From Strigamia acuminata (lineage: Eukaryota): a DNA stretch of 64,000 nucleotides. The DNA is taken from the NCBI GenBank assembly GCA_949358305.1, contig OX442314.1, positions 13,702,001 through 13,766,000 of the forward strand, given 5' to 3'. The stretch's first letter is position 1. Every line of letters begins with the position of its first letter. Below are positions 1-12,373 of the stretch, piece by piece. The notes under the pieces were generated by a model. That model did not search any database. It saw only the letters and a list, made by a program, of their open reading frames with translations, and was not told the DNA's origin. A program made the position numbers and the translations under genes.

Positions 1-2731
1 TTTCCCAAAACACATAAATATGTCGAGCGTGAACGTGTCATTAACTCCTCTTCACCTCCTCAAAATGTTTTCGCTTCTTTTTTCCTTCTTTTTCTTTTAA
101 AATAGATATACCATAGTGAAATCGGTTGGAGAACTACACTTTTTCCCATTCCCCACCATAACAAAGAATTCGGTGTACACATCCCGTGAATAACTCATGG
201 AGAGAAAGAAAGAAAGAAAGATAGAAAGAAAGAAAAAAAAAGCGACCAACGTCTAGAAAGACCCCATACTCAAATATAAGAAAGGGAGGGAGGACGCCAG
301 ATTGGGAGAACAGCGAACGCGACAACACAATCCCATTAGAGACGAAAGCACGGACCCATGCAACGCCAAAGAGTGGAATGAAACGCAGTTCAGACACTAG
401 ATTCTCTTAAAACACCCACAGTGACAATAGGATTTTCCCAACATTGAAGATAGAATGAAAAGAGAAAAATTTTTCCAATATGCCGAGAGGTCGAGTCCGC
501 AAACTCATAGCGACCACACATTTAACTTGTTACTACCACTGACATAACAACAACCGCAATAATAGAAGTTGGCCAATCCAATGTTGTCGACCGTAACCGA
601 AATTGGATAATAGAAAATAGGAGTTCGCAGAAATCTATTGGTTTATTAATGGAATTCACACCGTAGGTGGCTTTATATTATAAATCGATTTACGCATTTT
701 TCCTTCAAATTACACGAGAAATTTCGCATAAATGTAAAAATGAAAGAGGATTTTCTGATCAACATGTGGCTTTGCATTCATCTGTACAAATCCACATGAG
801 AATAGTAGGCACGTTCGTAAAATCAAACAATTATTTCTATTTGCTGTAGCGTAGTTGAAATCAGGTGATGCTTCCATCTCATCATCCGTAAAACCACCTT
901 CATCTCCATTATATTCCTTTTCATTGTTCAAATATGATGTTTTCAACCAATATTGGAATTAGGTGGAGAGCGGAATTAAGCTGGACTCATTTGCATGTAG
1001 TTAAATTTACAACTAGTTTATTCACAAGTGACAATACAGGGTGCGCTGTGGAAACAAGTGGGACATGCAGGGAAGCCAAACACTGCGAAATGTCTTGCGC
1101 GAGCCCGACTGAAAACAAACTAAATCAACCGCCATTTTTGAATTTAGATTCAGAAAAGCAGTATAAATATGTTGTTTAAAATGCTGTGTAGTCTACATTA
1201 TTTTATGAAGAAACGTTCAAAACATCAGAAATGTATTAAAATATTGCCTTGTAAATATTTACAAGTTTAAATATTTAATATACCACTCTAATCACGAATT
1301 TAGAAATCATGTTTGACTAAAGCCGTAAAGCACCAACCATATGCAACAGCTATATTGATCTTATACATTTATACGTGGCTACACTACTTGCAGTGCGTAA
1401 TGTCACTTGTCTACTTTATACTTCCTAACTAACATGTAAAAAAAAAAAGGTTCAACTAAGCGAATTATGCTTTACTGCAGACATGAATCCTCATTTAACA
1501 CAACACAAAAGTAATTTGAGTAGATTTACAACAAAATGCCTCCTAAACAACACAATTTAAAAAGAATTACTGCAACACAAAGCAATTTTTAATGTTGCAA
1601 CTCTAATCTAAATCCAGCAGAAGGTGGTCTCGCTATGTACAGCGAAATTGAAACGAAAAAAGAAAAAAACTCATCGAACTGTCTCTCTTTTTCTATTCTA
1701 ATCCTCAAACCTAAACAAACACATTTTCATATTTTACAGCTTATCCCTTCCCACAACACATCTTTCACTCGCTACTTCAATTTCCCCACCCCCACACACC
1801 TTATACAGTAACAAATCGATAAAGACGTGTGACCACAACACAACCATTCCAAGCGAACACTTCAATACACTCTATAGATGCTCTTTTCCATCAACGCATT
1901 GGCAACAGTTAATGCACCGTCAAATGGGTCTTTTATTGTCTCCTCCGACATACCTCGTCATTTCCGGTCACTTCTTACGAGGAATTCCGGCCTTGCAAAC
2001 CATTTTCAGTTCCCCACGAGGAGGTCACAAGCGCAACCGAACTCGTTAAAAACACAACAGAAAAACAGCTTAGATAAACGGATATAAAAAAAAAAATACA
2101 GAGTAATAAAAAAAAAAAAAGTGAACAAGTTTCCATCATTCGAAGTGATGATCTCATACATCAAGATACAGCACATAAAAAGAGAAAGCGAGCAGCAGAC
2201 TATTGCCGATTATAACGCCAATTTGAAGTCCACCAATTCGAAAAACAACATCTTCTTACAACTCCTTAATGTGATTGATAGACTACTTCCGTCACAAAAA
2301 GCCCGGCCATCATCACATTGTCCATCAAACTCGAGATTGGCTCCGAGTGTTATGGCAAAGAAAACAAGGGATGATGACCACCAGCTTGGAAATTACCCAT
2401 AATTTCTCGTCTCAATTTTTTTTTAATATTTTTTTTATGACATTAACAAGAACTATGAATACCCTTTTTATATTTCACTCCCGCATAAACATCTAAACAC
2501 AAAAATAAAGAAAACAATAACTGTAAATTGCTGTTATATAAAACCGGAAATACAATAAAAGCACATTTTCCGGTGCTGAAATTGCGATTCTTTTCGCGTG
2601 TCGTTCCAACTAAAATCAACTTTTCTTTTTGATTTCCTGTTGAATAAATGTGGAAAAATTCCTGTACACAATGTGTTCAATGGCCAAGTGCACTGATACG
2701 TAATTAAAAGTTTTAATTTCGTTTAAATACT

Positions 2732-2770
2732 TACAATTCGAGAGCGACTCTTAATCGATAAAATACCGTA
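2732..2770 (-). mobile_element. Solo Tc2-like (CCGTA-ended) DNA transposon terminus
   Basis: The reverse complement matches 31222-31260 at 36/39 nt. TA followed by CCGTATTT is a typical Tc2/pogo-group end. Confidence 0.6.
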
Positions 2771-3097
2771 TTTACAGTAATAAATAATACGGATTCACCC
2801 TAAAAATTAATTTTTAATCAGCTACATTTTCTTCAAACCATTTTGCAAAATATTGGCATTCCGAGTCCCAAGTATAATCCATGCCATCCATAATTAAACT
2901 TCTAATTCAAATAAGCCCTCTGATCTGTGCACGACGTTCAGCTTGGTTCAGGTTCCCACGATATTTCCCATCACAAAACAAAAATCTTTACTACGGTAAC
3001 TATTTTTAAAAACCCAACAAAAAAATTACTACCCTAATTTTTATTAGTTTACGATTTCATTTTCAAATCCTCCACGACTTTGCTGCACAATTTGTTT

Positions 3098-3297
3098 CGA
3101 CAAGAAATCCTACGACAGAAATTGCTGCGGCAAGAATCTTTTTGACAAGATTCTTTTCAACAGCAAATGTATTTGACAGGAATCCTTTGACACAAGACCA
3201 AGATTCCTTTCGCCGTTACAGCAGATGCCTGTGCCATTGCATCGATTTGATTTGGAACCCTACCGCAAGGATTCAAATCCAAAGAAATCCTGTCAAA
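3098..3297. repeat. Degenerate ~15-bp tandem repeat (about 6 copies) with one inverted copy; probable MITE subterminal repeats
   Basis: Units cgacaagaaatccta / cgacagaaattgctg / cggcaagaatctttt / tgacaagattctttt / caacagcaaatgtatt / tgacaggaatcctt at 3098-3187; inverted unit gaaatcctgtcaaa at 3284-3297. Confidence 0.55.
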
Positions 3298-4326
3298 AAT
3301 TAATATCTGCATTGCCGACCGATACTCAGTGCCGGATTAAACCCCGTAGAGACCCTAAGTAGTCGAAAATCTAAGTAAACTTTTCATTTCTTTGAGTTGA
3401 TTCATTTTTTCCTATCTCCTGGAAATCTTGATTGTAATTTCTTTCAATATCAAATCAATATTATTTTGATCAATTGTCGCAGGGCCCATAGGCCGGTGCC
3501 AACTCTGCCAACTCTGCCAATACTTATATTCTTCAATTCCCACGAAATTACAAAATACAATAGTGAACAACCAGTTGGTTTCATTAAAAATTTAAAAGAA
3601 ATAATCAATCCAGAACTCAGTAAATGTCTTCAATTCACCCAGCAATAAACGACGTTGCTCTAACCAAGTCTCCAGTCTGATCGAAGGGTTAATAGGACTT
3701 CCGCTGTCATCAGCTCTACGGGATATTAGCACTGAATAGGACGCGCCAATTACCAGTCGCACGCGCCCTAATTCCCGAATCAGCTCCATACGCACGACTA
3801 GAAGGTATGCGAAATAATTACAAATAATGTTACGGCTCAACCAAAAAAAAAACAAAGATAATAAAAAATTTCATCAAAAAAGGAAATAAAAAATAAAAGT
3901 AATAATAACAATGTATGAAACCCAGAAAATATCGTGAAAACTAGTCACAATATTTACATTTCAAACAAAAAGAAATAAAAAATAAAATACAGGAGGAAGG
4001 AAAGAGAAAAAAAAAATTATTTCCCCTCCGTATAGAATAAATTTGCTGCATTAACTTATGTTACCCGGGGTCTTTTAATAGTTTCCGTTCGCAGTTAATA
4101 TGCACAGAGCTTTAAAAATAAATTAAGTGCACACAGAATTAATCGAAAAACATTAACAAAAATGGAGAGCAGACCCTCCTCTTTCTTCGTACGAAGAACA
4201 GACTAGTTAACATTGATGAATTATTAGACCAAAGAATGGTTTAGTCATAGACACGAATGTAACAAGAGCAGCACACGCAATGTTGACAAGGTGATGATGA
4301 ATGAAATGTGCTGTTTACTTAGCCCT

Positions 4327-4337
4327 TGATTTATGAC
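4327..4337 (+). promoter_or_regulatory. Exd/Pbx-Hox composite motif TGATTTATGAC
   Basis: Exact match to the TGATTTAT-class Pbx/Exd-posterior Hox site; a second exact copy lies at 44881-44891 on the - strand. Confidence 0.35.
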
Positions 4338-7300
4338 GGCCACAAATACAAAAACAAGAGAAAAATTGACATCGATCCACCAAACTCTGACCAATCACAG
4401 CAGTTGGATTCGAAATGGCACTGTGAGCACGATTCGAAAAGGGGTTGACCTGCTAAATCAATAAAGCAGGCAAAGCGCAGACGAACCACAACTCGCATGT
4501 CTATTCACTTCACAGCGCGCTTGATTCGCACTCGCATCGCATCGCGTTTAGCTGCGACATGTCAAGACCAAAGGGCCGCGAGCTGCTGGTGTCATTAATC
4601 TCAAACGATGTCTCATATTTAGATATTTACCGCAGATAATTTGCTTCTTATTTATTTATTTATTCTTATTTATTTTTTTTTAATTTTTAATTTTCTATGA
4701 AAATTCATTAAAAATTTTTTTTTCAAAATTTCAATTTTTTCAAATTATATTTTCTGTTTCAAGCACTTTCCTCGGTACTTTTCCAACTCGTGATTTTCAA
4801 TGCGCCCCATTGTAATTACGGTAGCAAAGAAATGAGAACAAGCAAAAAAAAAAAGCGAAAAATTTGCCTTCTTTTATTATCAACCATTTTATTTACACTT
4901 AACTGCACCCACTTGACTAAGGTGAAAAATCTCAACAAACCCAAAAAAAAAAAAAGGAAAAAAAAATCAAAAACCAACATCGACTTCAATCAAACAAACA
5001 TCAGAAAACACCTCAAACTCCCCCTCAACTACCAAACAAATGACGCGTGACGACCAATTAATGAACTGTTTAATTGGACACCGGGATTTAATCAGTCGAG
5101 ACAGGGTAATTCATCAAAAGGGGTAGAACGTCAAGCGAATCCCGATTCAATTACACCCACCCATCATCTACAAACTGGCACCTCGCATCAATATTAAACA
5201 TCAATTTCAAACCCCAAACAAACAAAAAAAAAGACAAAAAAAAACCAGATCGAATCAACTCTTCACAAACTTCAGTCATTAAACCACCCCCGCATAAAGT
5301 CCACTTACACGGGGACCATCCTCTATTTTTCTCTTTTTACCCTCCCTTTTCGAGCAACGAAGAATCGCCATTAATGATGCATGTCAGTTTTATTGATTAA
5401 CTATAACAGGGGAAGGACTGTGCCAATGTTTGAACAAAGGGGAGATAAAGAACATACACAAAACCAACCCCCACTTTTATAATTGTACATTGAAAGCTGA
5501 CAGCTTTTCATATATTTTAATTCTTTATTTATCTTAATCTTTATGTTATTATTTTGTGGATTAATTGCTGTAAACAAGCGAGAGTGACTTATGTTAAGAG
5601 GATGAAAGTGGGGGAGAAATAGAAACAGAAATAAAAATACAAAAACAAACAAATAAGCAAATCGACAGATACCAGGAAAATGTGAGATAAAGACCACTTA
5701 GACCCGCAAGTAACCTCGACCATGGTGGGCAAAGGGAGTATTGACCAGACGCAAGAATAAAAGACAAGGTCAGGAGAGGGGCGAACGCTTCAAGTAATGG
5801 CTACTCTGTACATCTGAAACAAATTCACTCACCTTTTGGATCAATTCCACCAAACAGGTTAATTTCTCCAGGGCCAATTTACTTACAGGTAAACTCGAAA
5901 ACAAACTTTCTCGTGTACGAATTCCTATCTTCAAAGTCAAACTAAAAACAGATATTCTAACTGCTGTTTCCAATTGATTTTCATCAAACTTTGTAATTCA
6001 TCTTTTATCAAATTTTATTTTGAACCGAAACTTCGACCTGGCTGCCGCAAGAAGTCAATCTTTGGCGGCGTGACTCATTCACCGCCGTCGATTTAATTTG
6101 TCAGATTTTCGAAAAATTTAAAAGTAAAAAAATAAAAAAAATAAAAAAAATATTTATCTCACTTTTCTAACCGCAAAAACTTTTCTTTTTCTTTTTTTTA
6201 ACGGTCTGGGGTTGGGGGTTTGGGGTGGAAATCGACGGGGGTTGGAGAAGATCAAACAGATTATCTCACAAAGTGCACGATCAATAAATAGACCGACATG
6301 GAGATAAATGTTGACTCATCCAGACCAACCAACAACCAAACTCAAACACTCATTTTAAATCATCAAAATTATTTTTCTAAATTAATATATTTTTAAATAA
6401 CACAATAACACAAAAAGAAAAAGAAAAAAAAAAGAAAATAAATTAGGAAGTGAAACTGAATTGCTAAAATTTCATCGCGCTAACTTTCTGTAACTGAATA
6501 TACAACACGGGATGTGTGAAAGTCGGTCTAATTCAATTAGATGTTCGCATCGCCCTTGTTGGATGAAATGCGAGCTGCTTATTGCCCATACTCCATTCCA
6601 ATTTCTTACCTTCAAATTACCCCTTTCTCCATATCTAAAATTATCATTCTCAAAACTCTCTCATCCCGTTGTTAATTAATAAAACTAAGCTAACCGAACT
6701 TATTATTTCCCATTATTTTCCCGCCACCCAACAAAACGACCAATGTGTGTACATTGAGCTAATTTTACATGTCGATAAAGCTTAGAGCCGAGAATCTATT
6801 ATCCATTAGTGCCTGGCACAGATTACCGTCACGATGACGCGGCCAAACTTGCACCGCCTTTTACAGAACAGGTCAAATCCTGCTTCATTAAAATTAAGTA
6901 GCAAAGACACACGAGTCGAGTTTGCTCAACACTGCCAAACCTCCTCTAAACGCTCGAGAAATAAACTTCAACCCTTTCATCCCCAGATGCAAAGAGCGAC
7001 GCATGCATATTCCCGCCCTAATCGTGTGACTCTTCACATCTGCTCACAAACAAACTTGTAACGAATTTCCACCGATAAATTAATTTAAACAAAAATAAAA
7101 AAAATAAAAAAATTCCCAAAGAAAAATATTTTTCAAAGCAAAAATCCAAAACCAGTGGTCGCAATTCCAAGAAACCACTAAATCCAATCAACATAACTCC
7201 AAACAAACACGTCTCACGATATTTATTCGTCTCTTAAACATTTCCCCTAAGATGGTGGCCAACAAAAGAAACTCACAAACAGAAGACATAACCACTCGTA

Positions 7301-8040
7301 TTTGCTGATGTCTTTGGCCTTTATTGTGTCTAGGGGGAGTGATCACCCGTCCATGCTTTGCCGGCCTATCATCTAATGGGTGGCAAGATGGGTTTTCTGA
7401 CATTCCCGATTTAGATGCCAGTCCATCTACACATCTTCACTGCCGGTGCGAAAAAGAGCACTAGTGTTACCACCTGATGGACCCGACTCCACTGACCCAC
7501 TCTTCCAATCGATACGCGTCATCAATGACCCCTGGACGACACTTTAGCTTTTCTCGTACAGGTTTTACTGCTCGTTTGTCAAACTTGTAATTCGTATTTT
7601 GAATAAATTAAACGCACCTTTAGGTTTCTTACATTCGTAATCATAATTTGCAAAGCAATTGAGCTAATTAAATTGTAAATAGTAATAGGAGGATCCTAAA
7701 AAAGGCCAGATCCCTTAAATAACTCGAGTGAAATATGCAGATGGAAGCAGAAATGTCTATTTAATTCAAAACTTGAAATTACTGTTTTAAATTATGTAAC
7801 TAACTAAATGATAAAATATGAAAGTCAAACCATAAATTCTACGACGGTAGACGAAACCAAAAATTCTCTGCAAGACTGGAATATTAAAACGGCTAATTTA
7901 GGCGTCTAAACCCACAAAATTAGCATCTGTTTGCGTAAATAAACAACACGGGCGTATCATCTGCTTGTTTGTTTTACCCGACTTCACTTCTAACTTTGAT
8001 TCTGAAAAGGGTCCCACGTAATTCAAAAACATATACAATA

Positions 8041-8063
8041 CAGTAACTCCTCGACCTACGAAC
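8041..8063 (+). mobile_element. Solo pogo/Tigger-like TIR fragment
   Basis: TA followed by CAGTAACTCCTCGACCTACGAAC resembles Tigger-type TIRs; no partner end seen. Confidence 0.35.
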
Positions 8064-9624
8064 AAGTACGGTCTATCTTTTAATACCGGTACTGTTGTTG
8101 GGTAAGACGAGAGACCGAGTCAAGATTGATGCCACTGAATCTCAATGGATTTTTATGTCACCTGGTAGATAAACTTAAAACAGCTAAACTGAAGGAAAGT
8201 TTTATTTGGCCACGACGTATTATCATTTTCAAACCAATAGCACGGAAAAATGCATTCTCGAGAAAAAAATTCATTTCTAAATACATTGCATGTAATTTCA
8301 ATCAATTTCCTAACCATATTTGGTTAAAACAGATAAAAGCACTTTGGTTTGTTTTGTGCATCAAGATATGATGCTACTGCCTTTCTTCCAAACAAGGAAT
8401 GGCTCAAGATGTATGGACTTTGCACTCCACCTCCTCGTCCCCAACATACCTTTTGCAGCTTAATTTATATAATTATCAAGAGATGGAGGCAAGGCGATTT
8501 GGTTTGGCCGTCTCGAATGATTCATGCCACAACTAATGATGCCCTAATGGGAGGGTGTTATCGAGGTGATGGGCCAGCCTCAGATACAAGAGAGTCCGGT
8601 GTAGCTCGAGACGCGAGGGTCAACCGCATCCAGAGAACAATCCATGTGCCATTCACTTTTTACACGCACAAAACAAACTCCCAACACACTAAAAACGCAA
8701 CCAGCTCAAAGCATGAGCCGCGCTAAAGCGCTATAAATCAACACTACAACTTTTAATGCAGCTATTAATTAAACGCTGTTAAATTAGAAGCTCTCGTGAT
8801 CCGGGATCAATAAATACGGCTGAGACACTAATCAAAAACCACTCCAGACGAACATCACAATTCACATGCATTTTTTTTCTCCTTTCTACTTTTGTAATGT
8901 CCGAAGGAAACCTCGAGGGCCAACGTACACGACGATCAAAAGGGCGTAGAAGAAAAACACAAGGGCTTAATAGATAATAAAATGTTCACTCTAATTTCCC
9001 AACCTTTCTCATGCAATTACCTCATTTCATTCCCACTCCCAGTTCTTATCACTGTTTTCTTTCTTCAGCCGTCATCACATGAGCCCCACGCGCAGACGAC
9101 ATATGGCACGACGGGTGGGTACGAATTTTGAATCCCTAAAACGAGTCATTCGCCATTTTTTTATTGAGTCATTTAGATATGAAGTGCCGTCACATGTGTA
9201 CAATGTTATGGGGAAATGACATCGTTCATCAAGGACAAAACAGACGGCACTTGGTTCCCTCCCAATTGACTTAGCCAGTCATGAGGCTAAGTTGGAGTTT
9301 GTTTTTCATTGGTCTCTTAACTTTGGATAAAACTTTGACTAATTAAGGCGGGCGGAGTTCTGTTGCATGCCAAGCAGAACCGGTGCCTGGGGCAACAGAC
9401 TGTGGACGTCATCGACAACAACATCCGACTTTGCGAGAGCAGTCGACCATCAACAAGACAAACACTCTTTTTTTTTTCCTTTTAAATTTTATCGACCATT
9501 TCGATAGTGATTTAAGTTGAAAAACAGAATGGAGTTCAATTGGGAAGTTGAACATAGCAGTAAATGAATGAAATGTGTCAATATTTCAAAATCCTAAAAA
9601 AAAATAACTTTCTAGAATCACTAG

Positions 9625-9910
9625 TACTACGTTTACATGCTCCGAATATTTCGAGTGGTGGAAAAATCCAATTGTTGTGTTTACATGCAGAAAATAATTC
9701 GTGATCACTTTTGGTGTTCGACCAATGTGGAAGTGCCGGAAGCGATGCGCGCATGCGCAATAAAAATAGTTTGAGTTTACTCGAATTAAACAACCTTCTG
9801 CGAGGGATTATTCACTACTCGAATTATCCTTGTCATCCCTGTTTACATGACAGTTGTGCACACGGAATATTTCATCTCACTGGAAATATTCCATGCATGT
9901 AAACATAGTA
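9625..9910. mobile_element. MITE with GTTTACATG-type TIRs (PIF/Harbinger-like, tentative)
   Basis: TIRs tactacgtttacatgc and gcatgtaaacatagta match 15/16; gtttacatg recurs internally near 9679 and 9841; no clear TSD. Confidence 0.7.
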
Positions 9911-11260
9911 TATGTGCATTCAAAGTTTCTATAAACGGAGTGAACACCAAAATCAGCCATAAACAAGCAACAAAAACCGCTTTTACAACCAAATTCAAAA
10001 TAGCAGCCACAAAAGTTAGACCGAGAGATCAATCTTACTGCTTTCAGGTGAAGCATTCACCTCCTACAATGTGAGTAAAGGCCGATAAAGGCAAAATTGT
10101 GCTCAAACAAGTGAGTCACAATTCGTTAGTTGATTGAACTGATGGAATTTTTAATCTCCATTTACTTGCAAGACCGAGCATGAGACCCAAAAATTACAAA
10201 CTGGCCAAAAAACAAACACATTCCAAGTAAAGCAAGTTTTTGCTGTTTATAAAAACACCAAAAAAACCACAAAAACAGAAACTTTGAACGCACTGGAAGT
10301 CGCCTCACTTTTAATTTAATGTATCAAGAATTTTTTTCATCTCAAATATTGGAAAATTATATTCTAATTCTGAATAACATTATCAATCTGCAAGTACGAC
10401 TTCCTTCACAGTCAACGTCCGAGTTAGAGCAAAATCGATTAAGGATCTCGACCTCTAACGAATTAAACATGACGCTAATCAATTGCACATCAGCCAACTG
10501 TTACCGCCAAACAATAAAAGAAAACAGCAAAGGAAAATGATCAATAGAAAAAAGATGAAAAGTCCAAATGGGATGGCTATAAACGCTTGAAAACCATACA
10601 AGGTCAGTTGGGATCCGTCACTGCTGGACCGCCACATCTTTCTAATCCTCTTTTCCTCTCTCTTTCACCCATTTCATTTCTCCCCTTTCCATTACCGGCC
10701 GATCCAGCTTATCTTCCACGATTCCTTTGGACGAACATGACCTCGTTGAATCGAGTCCCAGTATTTGACAAGCCAGTTTCAAAGAGAAACTTAAGTGCAA
10801 GTAGCCCGCATTAGGAGCTTCATCAACTTCACTATTTATCCACAAATAAATTCCATTCAGGAAATATAAACTGGGACAATTGTATTGAACTTCAACTCAA
10901 ACGTGTCCGATTTAAAAGAACAAAGATAACGCCCGTTGCCATTGTAAATCAGCCTGGAAGACTGAAACTAACAAAATGGTCCAAGTGTTTAGGTATATAG
11001 GGTGCACATCTTAATTGTGATGATTATTCAAGTCATATGATCCAATTCAACATGTGCGATGAGTAGAAAATCCCGATAGCCTCCTTATTAAAAAAAAAAA
11101 GCCTTAGACTACGACGTTGCTCTACTGTGAAAATCGGATTGTCATGTCAACCCAATTCCTGGAGTAGCATGACGACATGCAATGCGCCTCGTCTGACCTT
11201 TTCTCCCTCGTTCTTCAGATTATGTCTTGCAGAAGCAGGCAGTTTGTATTTTTTCGAGAA

Positions 11261-11514
11261 ACATTTACTACGTTTTCATGGTCACAGTTTTCCAGATAAG
11301 TGAAAAATTCAGATTTTATTTATCCGGATAACCGTGTGCGTTTACATGACGTTAGTTTTCTGGTAAACACGACATCATACGTGAATTACCCATAATGCAT
11401 TTTGATTATCTGGAACAACAAAATGGTTGTCGATCTATTTCAGCCCTTAAACAAATCAAATTCGCATTTTTTATATATCTAGATAACTGGGTTACATGTA
11501 AACATGGTAAATGT
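11261..11514. mobile_element. Second MITE with GTTTACATG-type TIRs
   Basis: Imperfect 20-bp TIRs acatttactacgttttcatg and catgtaaacatggtaaatgt; internal gtttacatg near 11340; the interior differs from 9625-9910. Confidence 0.65.
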
Positions 11515-12364
11515 CTTTAAATGATGAAAAAAAGTGTTTCTACAATTTCCTAAATCCTTTGTTAAAACTTACTTTAAATTTTTCTAAACTCTTAATGGTT
11601 AACCGAGCTGTCCAGCGGTCGAGTCCCATGAGTCTAAACCGAGAATTCACATAATTTTTTCCAAAAAATAAAGTGATAGCTTCATTTGCCACATTTAAAA
11701 CACCAATTTTACATTTTAACTGTTTTAAAAAATATAAACAAATTTAAATGATTTTATGAATGCACCTACAAGTACATCATTCTGTGTTTAAACGAGAACG
11801 GGTAAATACCATGTTGTTTATTCAGCCTAACCACTCGAGCTGACAATGCTCGCATTTGTATAATCTGTAGAATCCATCATCAACTTCGACCGCTTCATTT
11901 TTATTGTCACCTTTCTAACGATAATTTATATTAGATTCACTTTCCAGTAATGATGGATTACAATTTCCTCCGCATAAATCTTCATTGAAATTTAAAACAT
12001 TTCAAAGCCAAACAATACACACCTAACTCGAAGCACAAAACTTAGTACACATTCCACGCACTGAACATTCCAACTGACCATTAAAAAAAATACCATTAGG
12101 CAAGTGTTGCAAAGTTAACTTGTTGAGTCAATAAATTTATCCTTCATTTCACTTGGTAATTTATCATTGACGACATGCGTTTGCAGCGTTTCGCAGTGCA
12201 TAAGCCCATCTGAGATTTCATTTGTTCATCTCTCCTCACTCCTCCTCGCCCTTCTAATGGAAGCCATGATTGATGTTAGGCCTTATCATTGCCCCAGGGT
12301 CAGCGGCTATAGACTGAACGCCGCCTATGTATTACCGAGTTCATTCAATATCACTCCGCCGTAC

Positions 12365-12373
12365 CTGTGTGAG
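12365..12373 (-). other. Candidate 9-nt microexon
   Basis: The - strand reads gctgac (branch-like, A at 12403) ... cttttcattttttag|CTCACACAG|gtacgg. Confidence 0.25.

Noticed and set aside
4291..4392. C/D box snoRNA (GTGATGA ... CTGA)
   Set aside because: Minimal terminal stem; the short 5.8S-like complementarity does not fit the D+5 rule; strand opposite the inferred host.
5833..5941. 109-nt - strand exon
   Set aside because: Good donor but modest acceptor, no compositional contrast and no recognisable peptide.
11590..11630. tRNA or tRNA-derived SINE head
   Set aside because: Only degenerate A/B-box resemblance; no cloverleaf and no second copy.
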